Shown: one piece after another, positions 10,401-23,247 of the stretch
Layout of the letters: each line of letters begins with the position of its first letter
How positions within the stretch are numbered: position 1 is the first letter of the stretch
Source: Podarcis gaigeae
Taxonomy: Eukaryota
NCBI GenBank assembly: GCA_964106915.2
Contig: OZ066919.1
Direction: 5' to 3' (one strand)
DNA length: 64,000 nucleotides
Translations under genes and position numbers: made by a program
Notes under the pieces: generated by a model
The model's database searches: none
What the model was told of the DNA's origin: nothing
The model's input: the letters and a program-made list of their open reading frames with translations, nothing else

Positions 10401-13400
10401 TTAAAATGCTTTCATTGCTCATTTCTGCCCCCTCTTAAATTAGGCTTTTTTTTGTTGAATAGCATAGCTCTTGATGATCAGTGGCTTTTCCTATGTACTC
10501 TGTGAAAAGATTTTAAGAAGTGACCTCTTTGCAGTTATTCCTACCATTGTACTCTCTCTTCCACCAGTCTTGCTAGAATGCTTTTTTACTTTGTTTACAA
10601 AGGGTCTACCTTTTACTTTCCATCTCCATGCATTATAATTACTGAAATTCTCCTAAGCATTTCTAGCTATTTCCTAACAATGAAAATTTTGAAATGTTTG
10701 CTGATCTTTGGGTTACACTGTTGGTGAAATGGGGAGAGAGATATAATGCAAAAGATCAGATTGGCTGTAGACACATTCAGCTAACTGTGAAAAAGTTGAC
10801 AGCTTAAGAGTCTTTTATCCTCAGAGATCCACTGCTCAGTTTTGCTGGTGAAAATAATATACAGCAACAAAGGGATGAAGACTTTGCGTAGCTTGGCTGC
10901 TTATTTTCATGTTTTTTCTTTTAACTGCTGTTCCAAGATCTTTGCTAGAATGAAAAGATCAATGTATTTCAAATAAGCTGATAACTGGGATGGCAAAGTC
11001 TGGTTTTGTTATGATAATAGCGACAATGAAGAAATGACACTTTTGAGTGCCTATGGAAAAGAGAAGTCAAATACTTAAAACTAAAGCTCTTTTGACTAGT
11101 GCTGGATGAGTTTCAATAGAAATATAACTAGAAAAAAACTTGTCACTTAAATAATTCCAGTACTTGGTATACCATGTGTTTTTGGTTGCAAAATAGACAT
11201 CTATGCACAAATGCTGTGTTGGTAATTCCCACAAGTCATACTAAGAGAAAACTAACATCTTATTGCTTAATATAGTTTTATAGCTGTGATTGCTCTTGTA
11301 GTATGTTAAAATACTTGGCTTGCTTCTGTGAGTGTTTTTTTGTTGCAAACCCAGAAAAGCAATAAGGTTGTGAAGATGTTAGGGTGTTTGTTGCTTTATG
11401 TTGTGAAGCAGGGCTAGAGCAGAATCCTATCTGGTAGGTTTCTAATTATGTACTGTACTGTGCATGATTATAATTATACAGTATTGTAACATGAGATGTT
11501 TTGATGGTGGCAGCATCTGGTTTGTAGACACTATTAGATAATGTTTGATAGGATTCTCCTTTCTTCCTTACTACATAGATTGATTTAATGGTCATGATGC
11601 ACAGTTTAGTGTTTCTGTCACATTACTTTCAACAATCTGATGTTAACAGGTCATATTCCAAATAATTGCAGCACTGTTGAAACTGAGGGATGCTTCAGAG
11701 GCAGATTGGGCGATAGGAGATGGGTTCTTCTGACAGATAAAATTCTGTTAGGCATGTTCAGTCTTTTAAGTATATACAAGTAACTCTTTGAGATCCCAGC
11801 CATGAATTTTAGCTATTTCTTAAAAATACACATTTCTTAAATAAGCTTAAAATAAAATCAACATATAATACAAATGTTCTAAACCCTACAGTGTATTTTT
11901 AATTCTATTTCATTGCCATTTGTAAAATGGGGGGGAGGATTTGCCTATTTTTTAATCCAAAAAAGAGCTTTGGCAGAGTAAGCAGATGTTACAACTGATA
12001 TTTATTATAATTCCTACTGGCATGGATTGTGAGTCGTCATATGTGCTAGAATCCAGGGAGTTTCATCCTGTACTCATATGGGTGACTGCTAAGCCATACT
12101 GTGTGATCTTGCACTCTATATTACCTCACTAACTGAGCTCACAGCAGTGTCTTGTTTCCCAAATTTATGTTAAGAAAACACGTTTGGTCCAACTAACATC
12201 AACTATAGCTTTCGAAAAGTTCTGAACAATTAAGTTTTCCAGTAAGTGATCCTAAAGTGGTTGCATATGTACTCACATATTTCGCAATCCCTCATCTCTA
12301 TGCATATATTTCAGTTATTGAATTTATATTCCATCCTTCCTCTCACATATAAAAACTATTTCAGTACAAATGTAGATATATTTCTGTAGTCAAAAGATTG
12401 TGATCAAAGGTTCTGAAATATATTGCAACCCAACACATTAGTGTTATAAGGACCTTTGAATCTATCAGAATACTGATAGCATAGTAAGGAAGGAAATTGT
12501 ATTTATGTTTAGGAAAAATGTTTTAAATTGAAAGCTACGACAATCAGTAATGTCACATTGGTATTCCTTGGAATGATTTAGATCAGTCATTTTAAATTTC
12601 CCTTGCATGTCAGCTGCTGTGGAGGGGCTGAGCTGGGAAGGGCAGAAGGGAAATGTGGGTTGGCCAAGGCTGCTACTCTATTTCTGGTGTTTCTGCCACA
12701 ACTTGCTCTTAGTGACCCCTTCGCATTATGGACTTACTGACTAATAACACTTGTCTGTGTTTTGCATCTAATATTGCAGACATTGCAATCTCCAGTGCTA
12801 GTTTTAAAACTTAATCACATCCCCATATGTTGTAATTGGTTAATAGTTATTTGAAGCTTGCAAATCCTAACACCATAGACAATGTATATGCAGGTCAGTA
12901 TCCAACATGCCAGATGGGGAAATTACTCATTTGTTTGAGCAATAGTTCAGGGTCTCTTTAGACTGTAGCTCCCTTTTGACTGTGGCTCCACCAGAACTTG
13001 ACGGATTTTCAGAAGCTGCATTCAGAAAAGGCAAATGGCTTAACATGCAAGTGTGTGCACGGATTGCACACAAATATACACAAAACTTAGGTTGCTAACT
13101 GTTACTTGATAATGTTAGAAGAAAGAAATAGAAAATATTTTCAAGTTAGTGAACACTTTCTACCAGATGGTTGTAGAAGCAGACTGGAGATGTGACTGAA
13201 ACATTAATGATTAATGTAGCTTTCCTTAAGCTTGCAGCGTAGCTTCAGGAGCCTGGAATAGGATCTTCCTGATTTGGCATTTAGGTAAAAGGGAACATCT
13301 GTAGGCAAGCCTAGCAGTGCTGGAATTGAAGCCTGCCTTTTGTTAAGGGTTCTGCTGTGCATAAATACTGTAACACCCATCCCAATTTTCAAGTGATGAG

Positions 13401-13839
13401 AGACTTCAAGGGTTATTCTTCAAGTGGTTATCCTGGCTTTGATTTCCTTAGAATAAAAGTCACTGGACTCTGTAGTGTCTCCACGTTGTGTGATTTTATT
13501 TACACACATATGCAAACTGAGCAATAAGTTTGAAGGGCTTACAGAGTCCCAATGGATCTTGCTCTTCCATTGGATTTCTAGGGAGGGTCCTGAAAGCCAT
13601 AGCTTTGGTTTAATCACAAAGAGCAAGTCAGGCCTCTGTGTCTTCCCGGCTCCAGAGGACACGAGGCAAAAGCTAGACCCTGACTTCTTATTCTTCTACT
13701 GCTAGGGTGCCTTGGTCTCCAGCCTGGTGAGGGATGAAGACCTACCCTCTCCTTCTGGAAACAACACTAGCTAGTTGTTTCTATGACAACACATCTGTAC
13801 ATTATCAATTCTCTAGACATAAAAATGGATGACTTGGTC

Positions 13840-13975
13840 CAGGCTTCCTCAGCCTCGGCCCTCCAGATGTTTTTGGCCTGCAACTCCCATGATCCGTAGC
13901 TAGCAGGACCAGTGGTCAGGGATGCTCAGAACTGTGGTCTCAAAACATCTGGAGGGCCGAGGTTGAAGAAGCCTG
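13840..13975. mobile_element. Palindromic hAT MITE (same family as 169-306) with perfect 8-bp TSD
   Basis: CAGGCTTC...GAAGCCTG, flanked by acttggtc (13832-13839 and 13976-13983). Confidence 0.9.
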
Positions 13976-14325
13976 ACTTGGTCAGTCCCATTCACTTGAC
14001 TATCCAATGCAATCACCAATCATGTGACAGCACTTATATTCACTCTAATGACACCTTTGTGCCTGCGCCCACCCAATTCAAACCCAAGATCCCCCTCCCC
14101 TCGTTGTGTATATATATATGCTTGCAAAATCGGTAAACCTTTTGAAAGCTGTTTACCTTACCTTTTGAACGCTGTTTATAAATAGGCCTTTTCCCTGCAG
14201 CATTTTTTGCATGCTGCCCTTGCTCTTGGTTTGGAGGAGTTTGAGAAAAGGGGCCTCTGTTAAGTCTTGTGGGAGTCATCCACATGTGGTAGCTGACCCT
14301 GCTCAGCCAGCTTGTGTTTAACATA

Positions 14326-14682
14326 CAGTGGTGCCCCGCAAGACGAACGCCTCGCAAGACAAAAAACCCGCTAGACGAAAGGGTTTTCCGTTTTGGAGAC
14401 GCTTCGCAAAACGAATTCCCCTATGGGGTTGCTTCGCAAAATGAAAAAAATCTTGCATCCCCCCGCGGGTTTTCCCCCGCTTTTTCCGCCCTTTTCTTAA
14501 GCCGCTAAGCCGCTTATCAACTGTTCTGCTGATAAGCCGCTTAACAGCTGATCGCTTGAAGCCGCTTGACAGCTGTAGCGCTAATCCGCTAAGCTGTCAA
14601 TGGGCTTGCTTCGCAAGACGAAAAAACCGCTAGACGAAGAGAATCGCGGAACGGATTCTTTCCGTCTAGCGAGGCACCACTG
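14326..14682. mobile_element. Tc1/mariner MITE, CAGTGGTGCC TIR family
   Basis: TA-CAGTGGTGCCCCGCAAGACG...CTAGCGAGGCACCACTG-TA; CpG-rich, so probably young. Confidence 0.9.
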
Positions 14683-15055
14683 TACAATATTATCCCCTTG
14701 CTCCAGGGTAGAGTAGAATTGCAATGTATTCTCCAATGCAGTGGAGAATTTCCAGCAGAAGGAAGTGAACAAATTGTATGCCAACTGCTTTTTATGCTAA
14801 AGTAATGTCTAATTACTTTTTTCCCCAAATTAAACACATTAGGGGTTTAGTGTATAATATGCGTTCTTTGCATAATGGCCAATTATTCTGTCATCTAACT
14901 GATGGGATATGACTTTTAGTATTATTAAAGTATAAGCTGATGATTAGGCTTTTAGTTTTGCTTTAGAATTAAAGAGATACTTTTATAAAGAAATTGAACA
15001 AGAAATGATTAGCCAACTTTTTCCCTCTTCCTTCTGGCAGATCTTTTAAAATTGC

Positions 15056-15223
15056 ATGATGTGTGATGAGTTGGAGCTTCTTAACAGGGAGATTGGGAGG
15101 TTATTACAAAGCAACATCGTGGAAGGAAGCTCCTTAAACTCAGAATCTCTTCAGCCGTCAAGCTCTGATTCCTGGCATGTAGCCACTGCTTCAAGCAGTG
15201 AAACACAAGGCAGTTTAGTAAAG
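15056..15223 (+). CDS. DIDO1: DIDO1 coding exon 1 (N-terminal extension; exon begins 15041)
   Basis: Acceptor ttctggcag|15041, ATG at 15056 (MMCDELELL...SLVK), donor AAG|GTATCA, phase 0. Splices in frame to the next exons. Confidence 0.7.
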
Positions 15224-16339
15224 GTATCAAATACCTTATTGTTGTTACAGGGCTCCCATGATAAATTGTCCTATCATAGTAGACTTTATTTGCATAGTAT
15301 TTAGAAAGCCATCTAGGATATGTGTTGGCACACATTATCTGTAAGTGGTGTTGAATTATAATGTTGCTTAAAGGTTGACCCAATTCAAGGAGGAATACTT
15401 ATGCCCTGTTTATTTGAGAAAGATACATTTCAAAAGTCTATGCTAACATAAATTTCCCCTGAGGTAACCAAATAATAAGCCCTATCTTAAAATGCAGTTT
15501 TAGGGAAGAATTATCCTTTTGCATATGGCAAAATATCTGAGAACATAAATAAGTTGAGAGAATAAAATTGCATTAGATTTTTCTGTAGCAATTTTTTGTG
15601 GTTGTTAAAGCCTAGTTTTGTCTGAAGATGGCACTTACAACAGTTTTGGCCATATTTAATTCAACCCCCCCCCCCCCAATCTCTCTCTTTGTTTTCTGCG
15701 CTGAACAAATGGTATTGACACAGTATTTAAAGTGCTGGCCCTTTAAATGAGATGGGGTAGAATCTTCAAGCTTTAGATTTCTGGTGGTTGGGATTTGTCG
15801 GTTGGGCAAATCCCTGTGTGGGTTAGTGATGGAGAGAGTGAGAACTGGCAGCAGAAGCTCTAGAAAGAAAAACTCAAAAGTAAGAAATTGAAACGAGGGG
15901 ATGTTTTAATACTGAAGATCTGTTCAAAAACCTTAACATGTAACTTGTTCTTCAAATCATCCCTTAAACAGGAATACCCATATTTTATAGTAGGATGAAG
16001 ATTTTTCTTTTGCAAGTATTCATTCTATCTCTTCACAATAATTTGAATCTATAAAATACCTTAATACTCTTTGATTTATCAAAATACCTGTGCCCAATTC
16101 CATTCCTGTAAAACACTGATAGAGGCAAAACTTTGAAAGTTGTGGTCGAGTGTAGCATTCACAAATGGTAAATGGTTAATAGGTTTCATCCTGTATGTAA
16201 TGTAATGAAATTATCCCCTTTAAAAATACGTTGGTGCAAGTTCTAATAATTTAGTTAGTGTGAGCAGGATCTCTTATTTCAAATGGGTAAGAAGTGGTAA
16301 CGCAAGTGAACAACAATCTAAATACATTTTTTGTAACAG

Positions 16340-16538
16340 GCAGCCAAACCAAGTGCAGCATTGCTGGTTTCGGAGTCAACAGGATGGCATCAAGATGAAC
16401 ATTGTGCTTCTGACTTCCCCAGAACAGCCTGCACTGTAGGGCTTATGCTGAGTGACTTGCTTCTGCCCTCCAGTGATTCTTCCTTTGGTTTAAGTCAAGA
16501 GGGAGAAAAAATACTGGCATCCTCTAATGCTATGTCAG
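16340..16538 (+). CDS. DIDO1: DIDO1 coding exon 2 (N-terminal extension)
   Basis: ttttgtaacag|GCA...TCAG|GTAAAA; open frame AAKPSAALL...SSNAMS, phase 0 to 1. Confidence 0.72.
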
Positions 16539-16712
16539 GTAAAAGCATTTAGAGGATATTGGAGCCTATTCTATTTCATTTGCTTTTTCTGGAAATTCGG
16601 ATCCACCTTCTTATTTCATAACCTTTCTTTACTATCCAAAGTAAACATATATTAAGATCTTAATTATATACTGTCTTCTGTTGTATTGCAGTCTCTTCAG
16701 AATTCTATTGTA

Positions 16713-17071
16713 CTTTATTTTTCTGTGTATAGGACAATGTTGTTTGCTAAAAATAATTAGTCAAAAATTAAGGGGGGTCTTATACATGGATGGTGAATGC
16801 ACAGGGATTAAAATGTCCCTCCCGGGTGCCTGGCTTGGGCAATCTCCCCAAAAAAGCTCAACTTTGGGCGATCTTGAGTGTTGGTGGGGCACGCCTCGCT
16901 GCTGCCCCAGGCGCCAGTGGGGGTTGCCATGCTGTTGCCAGTGCTTTGAATGTTTAATAAAATATCAAAGTTGTTCTGTTTGCTGTTTAAAATATTGATT
17001 TCTTAATTTTGGGTTCGGAAAAATAGGAGTCATCTTATACATGGGGGCATCTTATACACGGGAAAAGACAA
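16713..17071. mobile_element. Degraded Tc2/pogo-like MITE
   Basis: Repeated gtcttatacat/cgg motifs and ends resembling the 52577-52743 element. Confidence 0.6.
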
Positions 17072-18564
17072 TAATTATGAAAGCAAGTCCTAGCTGTGTC
17101 CACATTGCTGTGTGACATTGTGTCATATAACATGTTTGTTGAGTTTTGCGGCTCAGAGCTGGGGACTTTGTTGATAATTAGGCAGGTTGACAGTTGTCTG
17201 AATAAATTCAGTTCTGAAAAGTTGGAAGTCCAACTTGAGAAGGCTTGCTGTAAGCAGAATAAATTATAGAAATTGTGTTATGACACACCCAGTACAAAGA
17301 CTGTGTAGGGCTGTTACTCATTTCCCTGCTATTCCATAGGACAAAAGGCATGGACCCCAATCCAGAAGATTTTTCCAATATATTGTGAACGAGTCTTGCC
17401 TAGATTCAGTATCTCAGGAAGTCCTTTAATGGAAGGTGCTGTCTCTCTAATACTGTATGGGGTGACTGGTGAAAATTGTCAGGGTCTCAGTGGGCATGGA
17501 AAATGTAGGAAGGCAGACTTACAGACCAGTTTGTGATGTACGGAACATGCTTCCTATTCAGGCACCATTCTTGGATTATGAGCAGTCACTGGAGTGGGAG
17601 CCCATAGTGTTGCTGATGTGTATGGTAACAGTTGCTCTATTCAGAGTAGCATAACTGAGGTTATAGGTAAAAAGGAGCCTGGTTGGTGTCTGTGTTCAGT
17701 CAATGTGCACTAAGTCAGAATCTCTGGGGTGGGCAGGGGAGCAACTGGAAGTACCTTGTATTATGCTGCAGCACACCTAGAGTACTGCTACGTTTGTTTC
17801 TGGCAGACAGCGATTGTGGAGTTGGGAAGAAGGCAAGTGTGGGAACATGTTTCAGCAAGTGCATGCTTTAATTGTCTAACCTGTTCCCTTCAAGCTATAT
17901 TTAATGTAACAGACAACATACTTTAGATTCCACACATGCTAAAATAAACACAATGGTGCATTCATAGGGTAGGAAGCTGCCTTATACAGAGTCAGGCCTT
18001 TGGCCATCTAGCTTGGCATTGTCGATAGTGACTGGTAGGAGCTGTCCACGGTTTCAGACAGAAGCATTTCCTAGCTCTACCTTGAAGATTGACCCTTTAG
18101 ACAATATGTGTGCTGTGTTCAAAATATGCTGTAACTGTAGGACCATTGCAAAACTAGCAATGTTCTGCTTTTTTAAGAGTCATCAGCTGTCTAAATCCCT
18201 TCAGGACTCTTTCCAAGCCTCACCCCTCATTGGCCCTGCTTCACACCCAGGGTGTTTCTGCTTAGTTGCAATGTGTCCTTGAATGCTGATGAAGTCTCTA
18301 GCTGCTTGCCTGGATGGATAGTAGAGGGTGTGTGTATGTGTCTATAGGAAGTAGTCTACTCCAAAAACAAACCTACATTAGATGCTGTACCCACTTTTGT
18401 CTCTGTCCCCACCTGTGATCCTCAGAAGGGAATGTCACTTCAGGCTGAAAAAGGTGCCCTATCCCAATCTAAATATTTTAATGAAATAGCTAATTTGCTT
18501 TTCCATGTTTATCAGTTTGAAAGTAAATCAGTGTTAAAAACCTTTTGTGTTTGTTCTTTTTCAG

Positions 18565-18663
18565 GGGTGACATTTGGGAATAGTGTTATCACTGGTGTGA
18601 AAGAAGAGAATCTGGAATCTCTGGCACTGGATTCTGAATCTAATATGGAAACCCGTTCTCTTG
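18565..18663 (+). CDS. DIDO1: DIDO1 coding exon 3 (N-terminal extension)
   Basis: gttctttttcag|GG...CTTG|GTAAAT; 99 nt, phase 1 to 1, VTFGNSVITGVKEENLESL... Confidence 0.78.
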
Positions 18664-19005
18664 GTAAATTATTTTGTTTAGGAAAGTGTCTATTCTGAAT
18701 AAAGGCTTCTAATTGTAATTACTTCCATTTCTGATTATTAGGCTGTGAGTGCTGTTGCTTATATAGCCAAAACTGTACCACCCATTCACAACAGATATAT
18801 ATTGGAAGGTTTGGTGGTGACCTCAAGGTTTGCAGAAGTACAAAAGTATTTCTTTAAACAAAGTAAGTAGCAGGAAACAGCCCAGTGAGGACTGAGCATG
18901 TGCCCTGGTCACAGAATGCTGATTGGTGGGGAAAGGTGAATGAAGTAGCTGGAACCTCAAACACCTGACACTGAAACCTTTTGTTAAAGGTTCCAATTGC
19001 CTATA

Positions 19006-19221
19006 CAGTGGTACCTTGGTTCTCGAGTTTAATCCGTTCTGAGAGTCAGTTTGACTCCCAAAACAGTTCAAAAACCAAAGTGTAGCTTCTGATTGGTCGC
19101 AGGAGCTTCCTGCACTCAAGTGGAAGCCGTGTTGGATGTTAGGCGTCCGAAAAATGGGTTTGCAGTGTTTGAAAGCCAATTTGTTCGGGAGGCAAGCCAT
19201 TCGAGTACCAAGGTACCACTG
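19006..19221. mobile_element. Tc1/mariner (Tigger-like) MITE
   Basis: TA-CAGTGGTACCTTGGT...ACCAAGGTACCACTG-TA. Confidence 0.9.
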
Positions 19222-19315
19222 TAATAATACTGATCATAGTCTGCATTGATTTGCAATGGAAGATAATAGTTTTAATAGTTATTGGTCTCTGACTCAACTC
19301 TTAAGAATAAGACTA

Positions 19316-20497
19316 ATTTATTTATACCCCGCCCATCTGGCTGGGTTTCCCCAGCCACTCTGGGCGGCTTCCAACAGAGTATTAAAATACAATAGTCTAT
19401 TAAACATTAAAAGCTTCCCTAAACAGGGCTGCCTTCAGATGTCTTCTAAAAGTCTGGTAGTTGTTTTTCTCTTTGACATCTGGTGAGAGGGTGTTCCACA
19501 GAGCGGGTGCCACTACTGAGAAGGCCCTCTGCCTGGTTCCCTGTAACTTGGCTTCTCGCAGCGAGGGAACCACCAGAAGGCCTTTGGTGCTGGTCCTCAG
19601 TGTCCAAGCAGAACGATGGGGGTGGAGATGCTCCTTCAGGTATACTGGACTGAGGCCGTTTAGGGCTTTAAAGGTCAGCACCAACATTTTGAATTGTGCT
19701 CGGAAATGTACTGGGAGCCAGTGTAGGTCTTTCAAGACCGGTGTTATGTGGTCTCAGTGGCCGCTCCCAGTCACCAGTGTAGCTGCCGCATTCTGGATTA
19801 GTTTTCGGGTCACCTTCAAAGGTAGCCCCACATAGAGCGCATTGCAGTAGTCCAAGCGAGAGATAACTAGAGCATGCACCACTTTGGCGAGACAGTCCGC
19901 GGGCAGGTAGGGGTCTCAGCTTGAGTACCAGATGGAGCTGATAAACATCTGCCCTGAACACAGAATTGACCTGTGCCTCCATGGACAGCTATGAGTCCAG
20001 AATGACTCCCAGGCTGCGCACCTGGTCTTTCCCCATTCAGTTACCCCATTCAGGACCAGGGAGTCCTCCACACCTGCCCACCTCCTGTCCCCCCAAAAAC
20101 AGTACTTCTCTCTTGTCAGGATTCAACCTCAATCTGTTAGCCACCATCCATCTTCCAGCCACCTCCAGACACTCACACAGGACCTTCACCGCCTTCACAG
20201 GTTCTGATTTGAAAGAGAGGTAGAGCTGGGTATCATCTGCATAATGATGAAAACCCAGCCCAAACCCCCTGATGATCTCTCCCAGTGGCTGCATGTAGAT
20301 GTTGAAAAGCAAGGGGGAGAGGACAGAACCCTGAGGCACCCCACATGAGAGCCCAGGGGTCTGAACCTCATCCCCCCGACTTTCTGAACATGGCCTAGGA
20401 GGAAGTATAACAGTGCCCCCAGCTCCCAGCCCACTAGACGGTCCAGAAGGATGTTATGGTTGATGGTGTCAAGAGCCGCTGAGAGATACAGCAGAAC
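19316..20497 (-). mobile_element. 5'-truncated L2-clade LINE with frameshifted reverse transcriptase
   Basis: Minus-strand ORF pieces [15 protein letters not shown]...[13 protein letters not shown] (RT motifs) and LHWLPVHFRAQFK...RAFSVVAPALWN (L2 C-terminus). The 3' tail is near 19316. Confidence 0.92.
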
Positions 20498-20524
20498 TAG
20501 AAAACATATATATAAATAGATGTA

Positions 20525-20881
20525 CAGTGGTGCCTCGCAAGACAAAATTAATCCGTTCCGTGATTTTCTTCGTCTAGCGGTTTTTTCGTCTTGCGAAGCA
20601 AGCCCATTGACAGCTTAGCGGATTAGCGCTATTAGCGGTCTAGCGGCTTTTAGCGATCAGCTGAGAAGCGCCTTATCAGCGGAACAGCTGATAAGCGGCT
20701 TAGCACTTAGGGAAAGGGCGGAAAAAAGCAGGAAAAAAACGCGGGAACTCGCAAGATTTTTTCGTCTTGCGAAGCAACCCCATAGAGAAATTCGTTTAGC
20801 GAAGTGCCTCCAAAAATGGAAAACCCTTTCGTCTAGCGGGTTTTTCGTCTTGCGAGGCGTTCGTCTTGCGGGGCACCACTG
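20525..20881. mobile_element. Tc1/mariner MITE, CAGTGGTGCC family (inverted relative to the 14326 copy)
   Basis: TA-CAGTGGTGCCTCGCAAGAC...GTCTTGCGGGGCACCACTG-TA. Confidence 0.9.
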
Positions 20882-21578
20882 TAAACTGCTTTGATATTTT
20901 TATGATAATAGCGGTATATAGATATTTTTAAAAATAAATAAGTAAAACTTTTCAGTTACTTGACTCTCATATACTGCTACAGAACATAAATAATTGTATC
21001 TCTTGTATTTGGGGAATGTTCTATTCGTTATAGGTCAGCATTCCCCAACCTGATGTATTCCAATGTGTTGGGCTACAATTTTCATCATACTATCCAGGGT
21101 TGATGGGAGTTATAACCTAAAGCATTTGTAGGTTACCAGATTGGGGAAGATGGATCCAAGCCAATAGACAAATGGCTAGTTGTACTTGTGAATTCATAAC
21201 CCTGAGCAGACTTTTATACAATAGGCTGAGTAATATGTTGTCCATTCATCTTGATCATAGTCTCCACCTACCCATTGCCAGGATAGGTAGCTGCCATATT
21301 GGTGAGCTGACAGTCATTTGTTGATTAAGCCTGAAAGGGAAGAGGCACGGAAAAACAAGGTGTAATGGACAGAGAAACTTAACACTATGCCCTGTTTCTA
21401 CTATAACCTTGCATTCTGTTTAGTTGGAATTTCAAGAGGAAGTATGTTTTTGCTCAAAAGTTCAAAAATGAAACATACACAGGAAGAAGTGTAAAACATG
21501 TTACTGTTTATGGGAAGGCAATTTTAAAATCCATGTTTAAAATATGTAATTCTTTGTATCATTTCTCTTCAACATCAG

Positions 21579-22452
21579 CTTTGGATGACAAAAGTGAGCA
21601 AAGCAATGACGATGAACAAAAAACAATTAAACCCACAAGTAAGGAGTTCAAGAAAACTTGGGGGTTTCGGAGAACTACAATTGCAAAGCGTGAAGGTTTA
21701 GGGGATGCTGAAATGGACATCACCGAACAGTCATCTCCACAGCAGCAAAGTCTGGCTCTTAGGCGTAGTGGGCGACAGCCCAAACGCACTGAACGGGTAG
21801 AAGAATTTCTTACAACTGTAAGGCGCAGAGGAAGAAAGAATCTTCCCACAGCTCTTGAGGACTTGAGCGAGCCAGCATCCTGCCATGTTACTGACATTGA
21901 AACTGCTTCTGAAGGCAGTGTAGAAAGCATGTCAGATGTAAAAGCCATGTCTCAGAAGTGTCACTCCAAGGACATTAAGGACCAGCCAGCTGGGAAAGGG
22001 AGAGCCACTAAAGAACATGACTATGAGGAAAGGGAGGATGATTCATCTGACAGTGATAGTGATGGGTTAACACTGAAAGAGCTACAGAACCGTCTTAGAA
22101 AGAAATGTGTCGAGCAGAAGCCTACAGAACTAACTCTGAAAGAGTTACAGAATCGCCTCAGGAAAAAACATCAAGAACAAAATCCTACAGAGACAGTTGA
22201 TGTTCAAGCAGGCAACCAAATTAAGACCGAAATAACTGTAAAGCAAGAACCAGAAAGTATAGGCAATACCGAGGCTGGAGATCAAGGAACAGTTCCCAAA
22301 GAAATGAGTGAAGCAGTTCAGGTTAAGAAGGAAGGAAGATCTCCTGCGCATACTGGGGATGAACCTGAAGAATCCAAAAAGAGGAAATCAGAGACTGAAG
22401 TTTATGATCCTAGTACTCTGTACTGTATCTGTCAGCAGCCTCACAACAACAG
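21579..22452 (+). CDS. DIDO1: DIDO1 coding exon 4 (homologue of the mammalian first coding exon; NLS region, start of PHD finger)
   Basis: KPTSKEFKKTWGFRRTTIAKREG, LRRSGRQPKRTERVEEFL and YDPSTLYCICQQPHNNR are DIDO1 hallmarks. Acceptor catcag|, donor AG|GTATTA. Confidence 0.97.
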
Positions 22453-22647
22453 GTATTACCTACTTATTTATTTCATAAAATTTATACACCGCTTGATTGT
22501 AAAAAAACAACCCTCAAAGTGGTTAAAAAAAGACAAATAAGGAAAATCAAGAAAAATTCACACCCATACTTTATAATATGCAGAAGTTAAAATAGTTTTT
22601 CACAAACTCCCCTGCACCCCGCCACCAAATAGTTTCTAAAATAGCTA

Positions 22648-22846
22648 CAGTGGTACCTCTGGTTATGAACTTAATTCATTCTGGAGGTCCATTCTTAACC
22701 TGAGGTACCACTTTAGCTAATGGGGCCTGCCGTGCCGCTGGCACGTGATTTCTGTTCTCATCCTGAGGTAAAGTTCTTAACCTGAGGTACCACTTCTGGG
22801 TTAGCAGAGTTTGTAACCTGAAGTGTTTGTAACAGAGGTACCACTG
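22648..22846. mobile_element. Tc1/mariner (Tigger-like) MITE
   Basis: TA-CAGTGGTACCTCTG...CAGAGGTACCACTG-TA; inverted relative of 4352-4564. Confidence 0.9.
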
Positions 22847-23247
22847 TATAGTAGTTGGATAAAACCTTTAAACATGAAATAGACAGTTTTGAAATTTCTG
22901 CTCTTAAGAAACAGTCTATTATGTACAAGAACTTTTTATAGAGGTTTGAAAGTTTTGAGTGATAGAGGGATAGTTGTTGAATGCAGTTGAGAGAGCATGT
23001 ATATGGAACTTTCAAACAACAATTTAATTTTGTGTTGCTCGGAATGCACAATTTAAAATACATCTGCTGTGCTACCACATGGCTCTTCACATACATCTAC
23101 CACTATTGTTCAGTCCCAGTAGTCTGAGATACAGAAGTTCTAATTTAGGGTGGAAGCGTTCATATGGTCTAATCTGTCAAGAGGGAAGTAGTACTCTGAA
23201 TTTTCAAGAAGGGAAAATGCAGTTTTGAGAAGGCTTGTTATAGGATT

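Noticed and set aside
10690-10790. H/ACA snoRNA or pre-miRNA call for the hairpin
   Set aside because: Only a 9-bp stem is evident, with no convincing two-hairpin H/ACA layout; not supportable without a covariance search.
19400-20545. RT-like ORFs as a functional retroelement or host gene
   Set aside because: 5'-truncated, frameshifted L2 LINE copy.
21533-21578. ATG at 21533 as the DIDO1 start
   Set aside because: It lies in the polypyrimidine tract upstream of a clear acceptor at 21578, and the upstream exons splice in frame.
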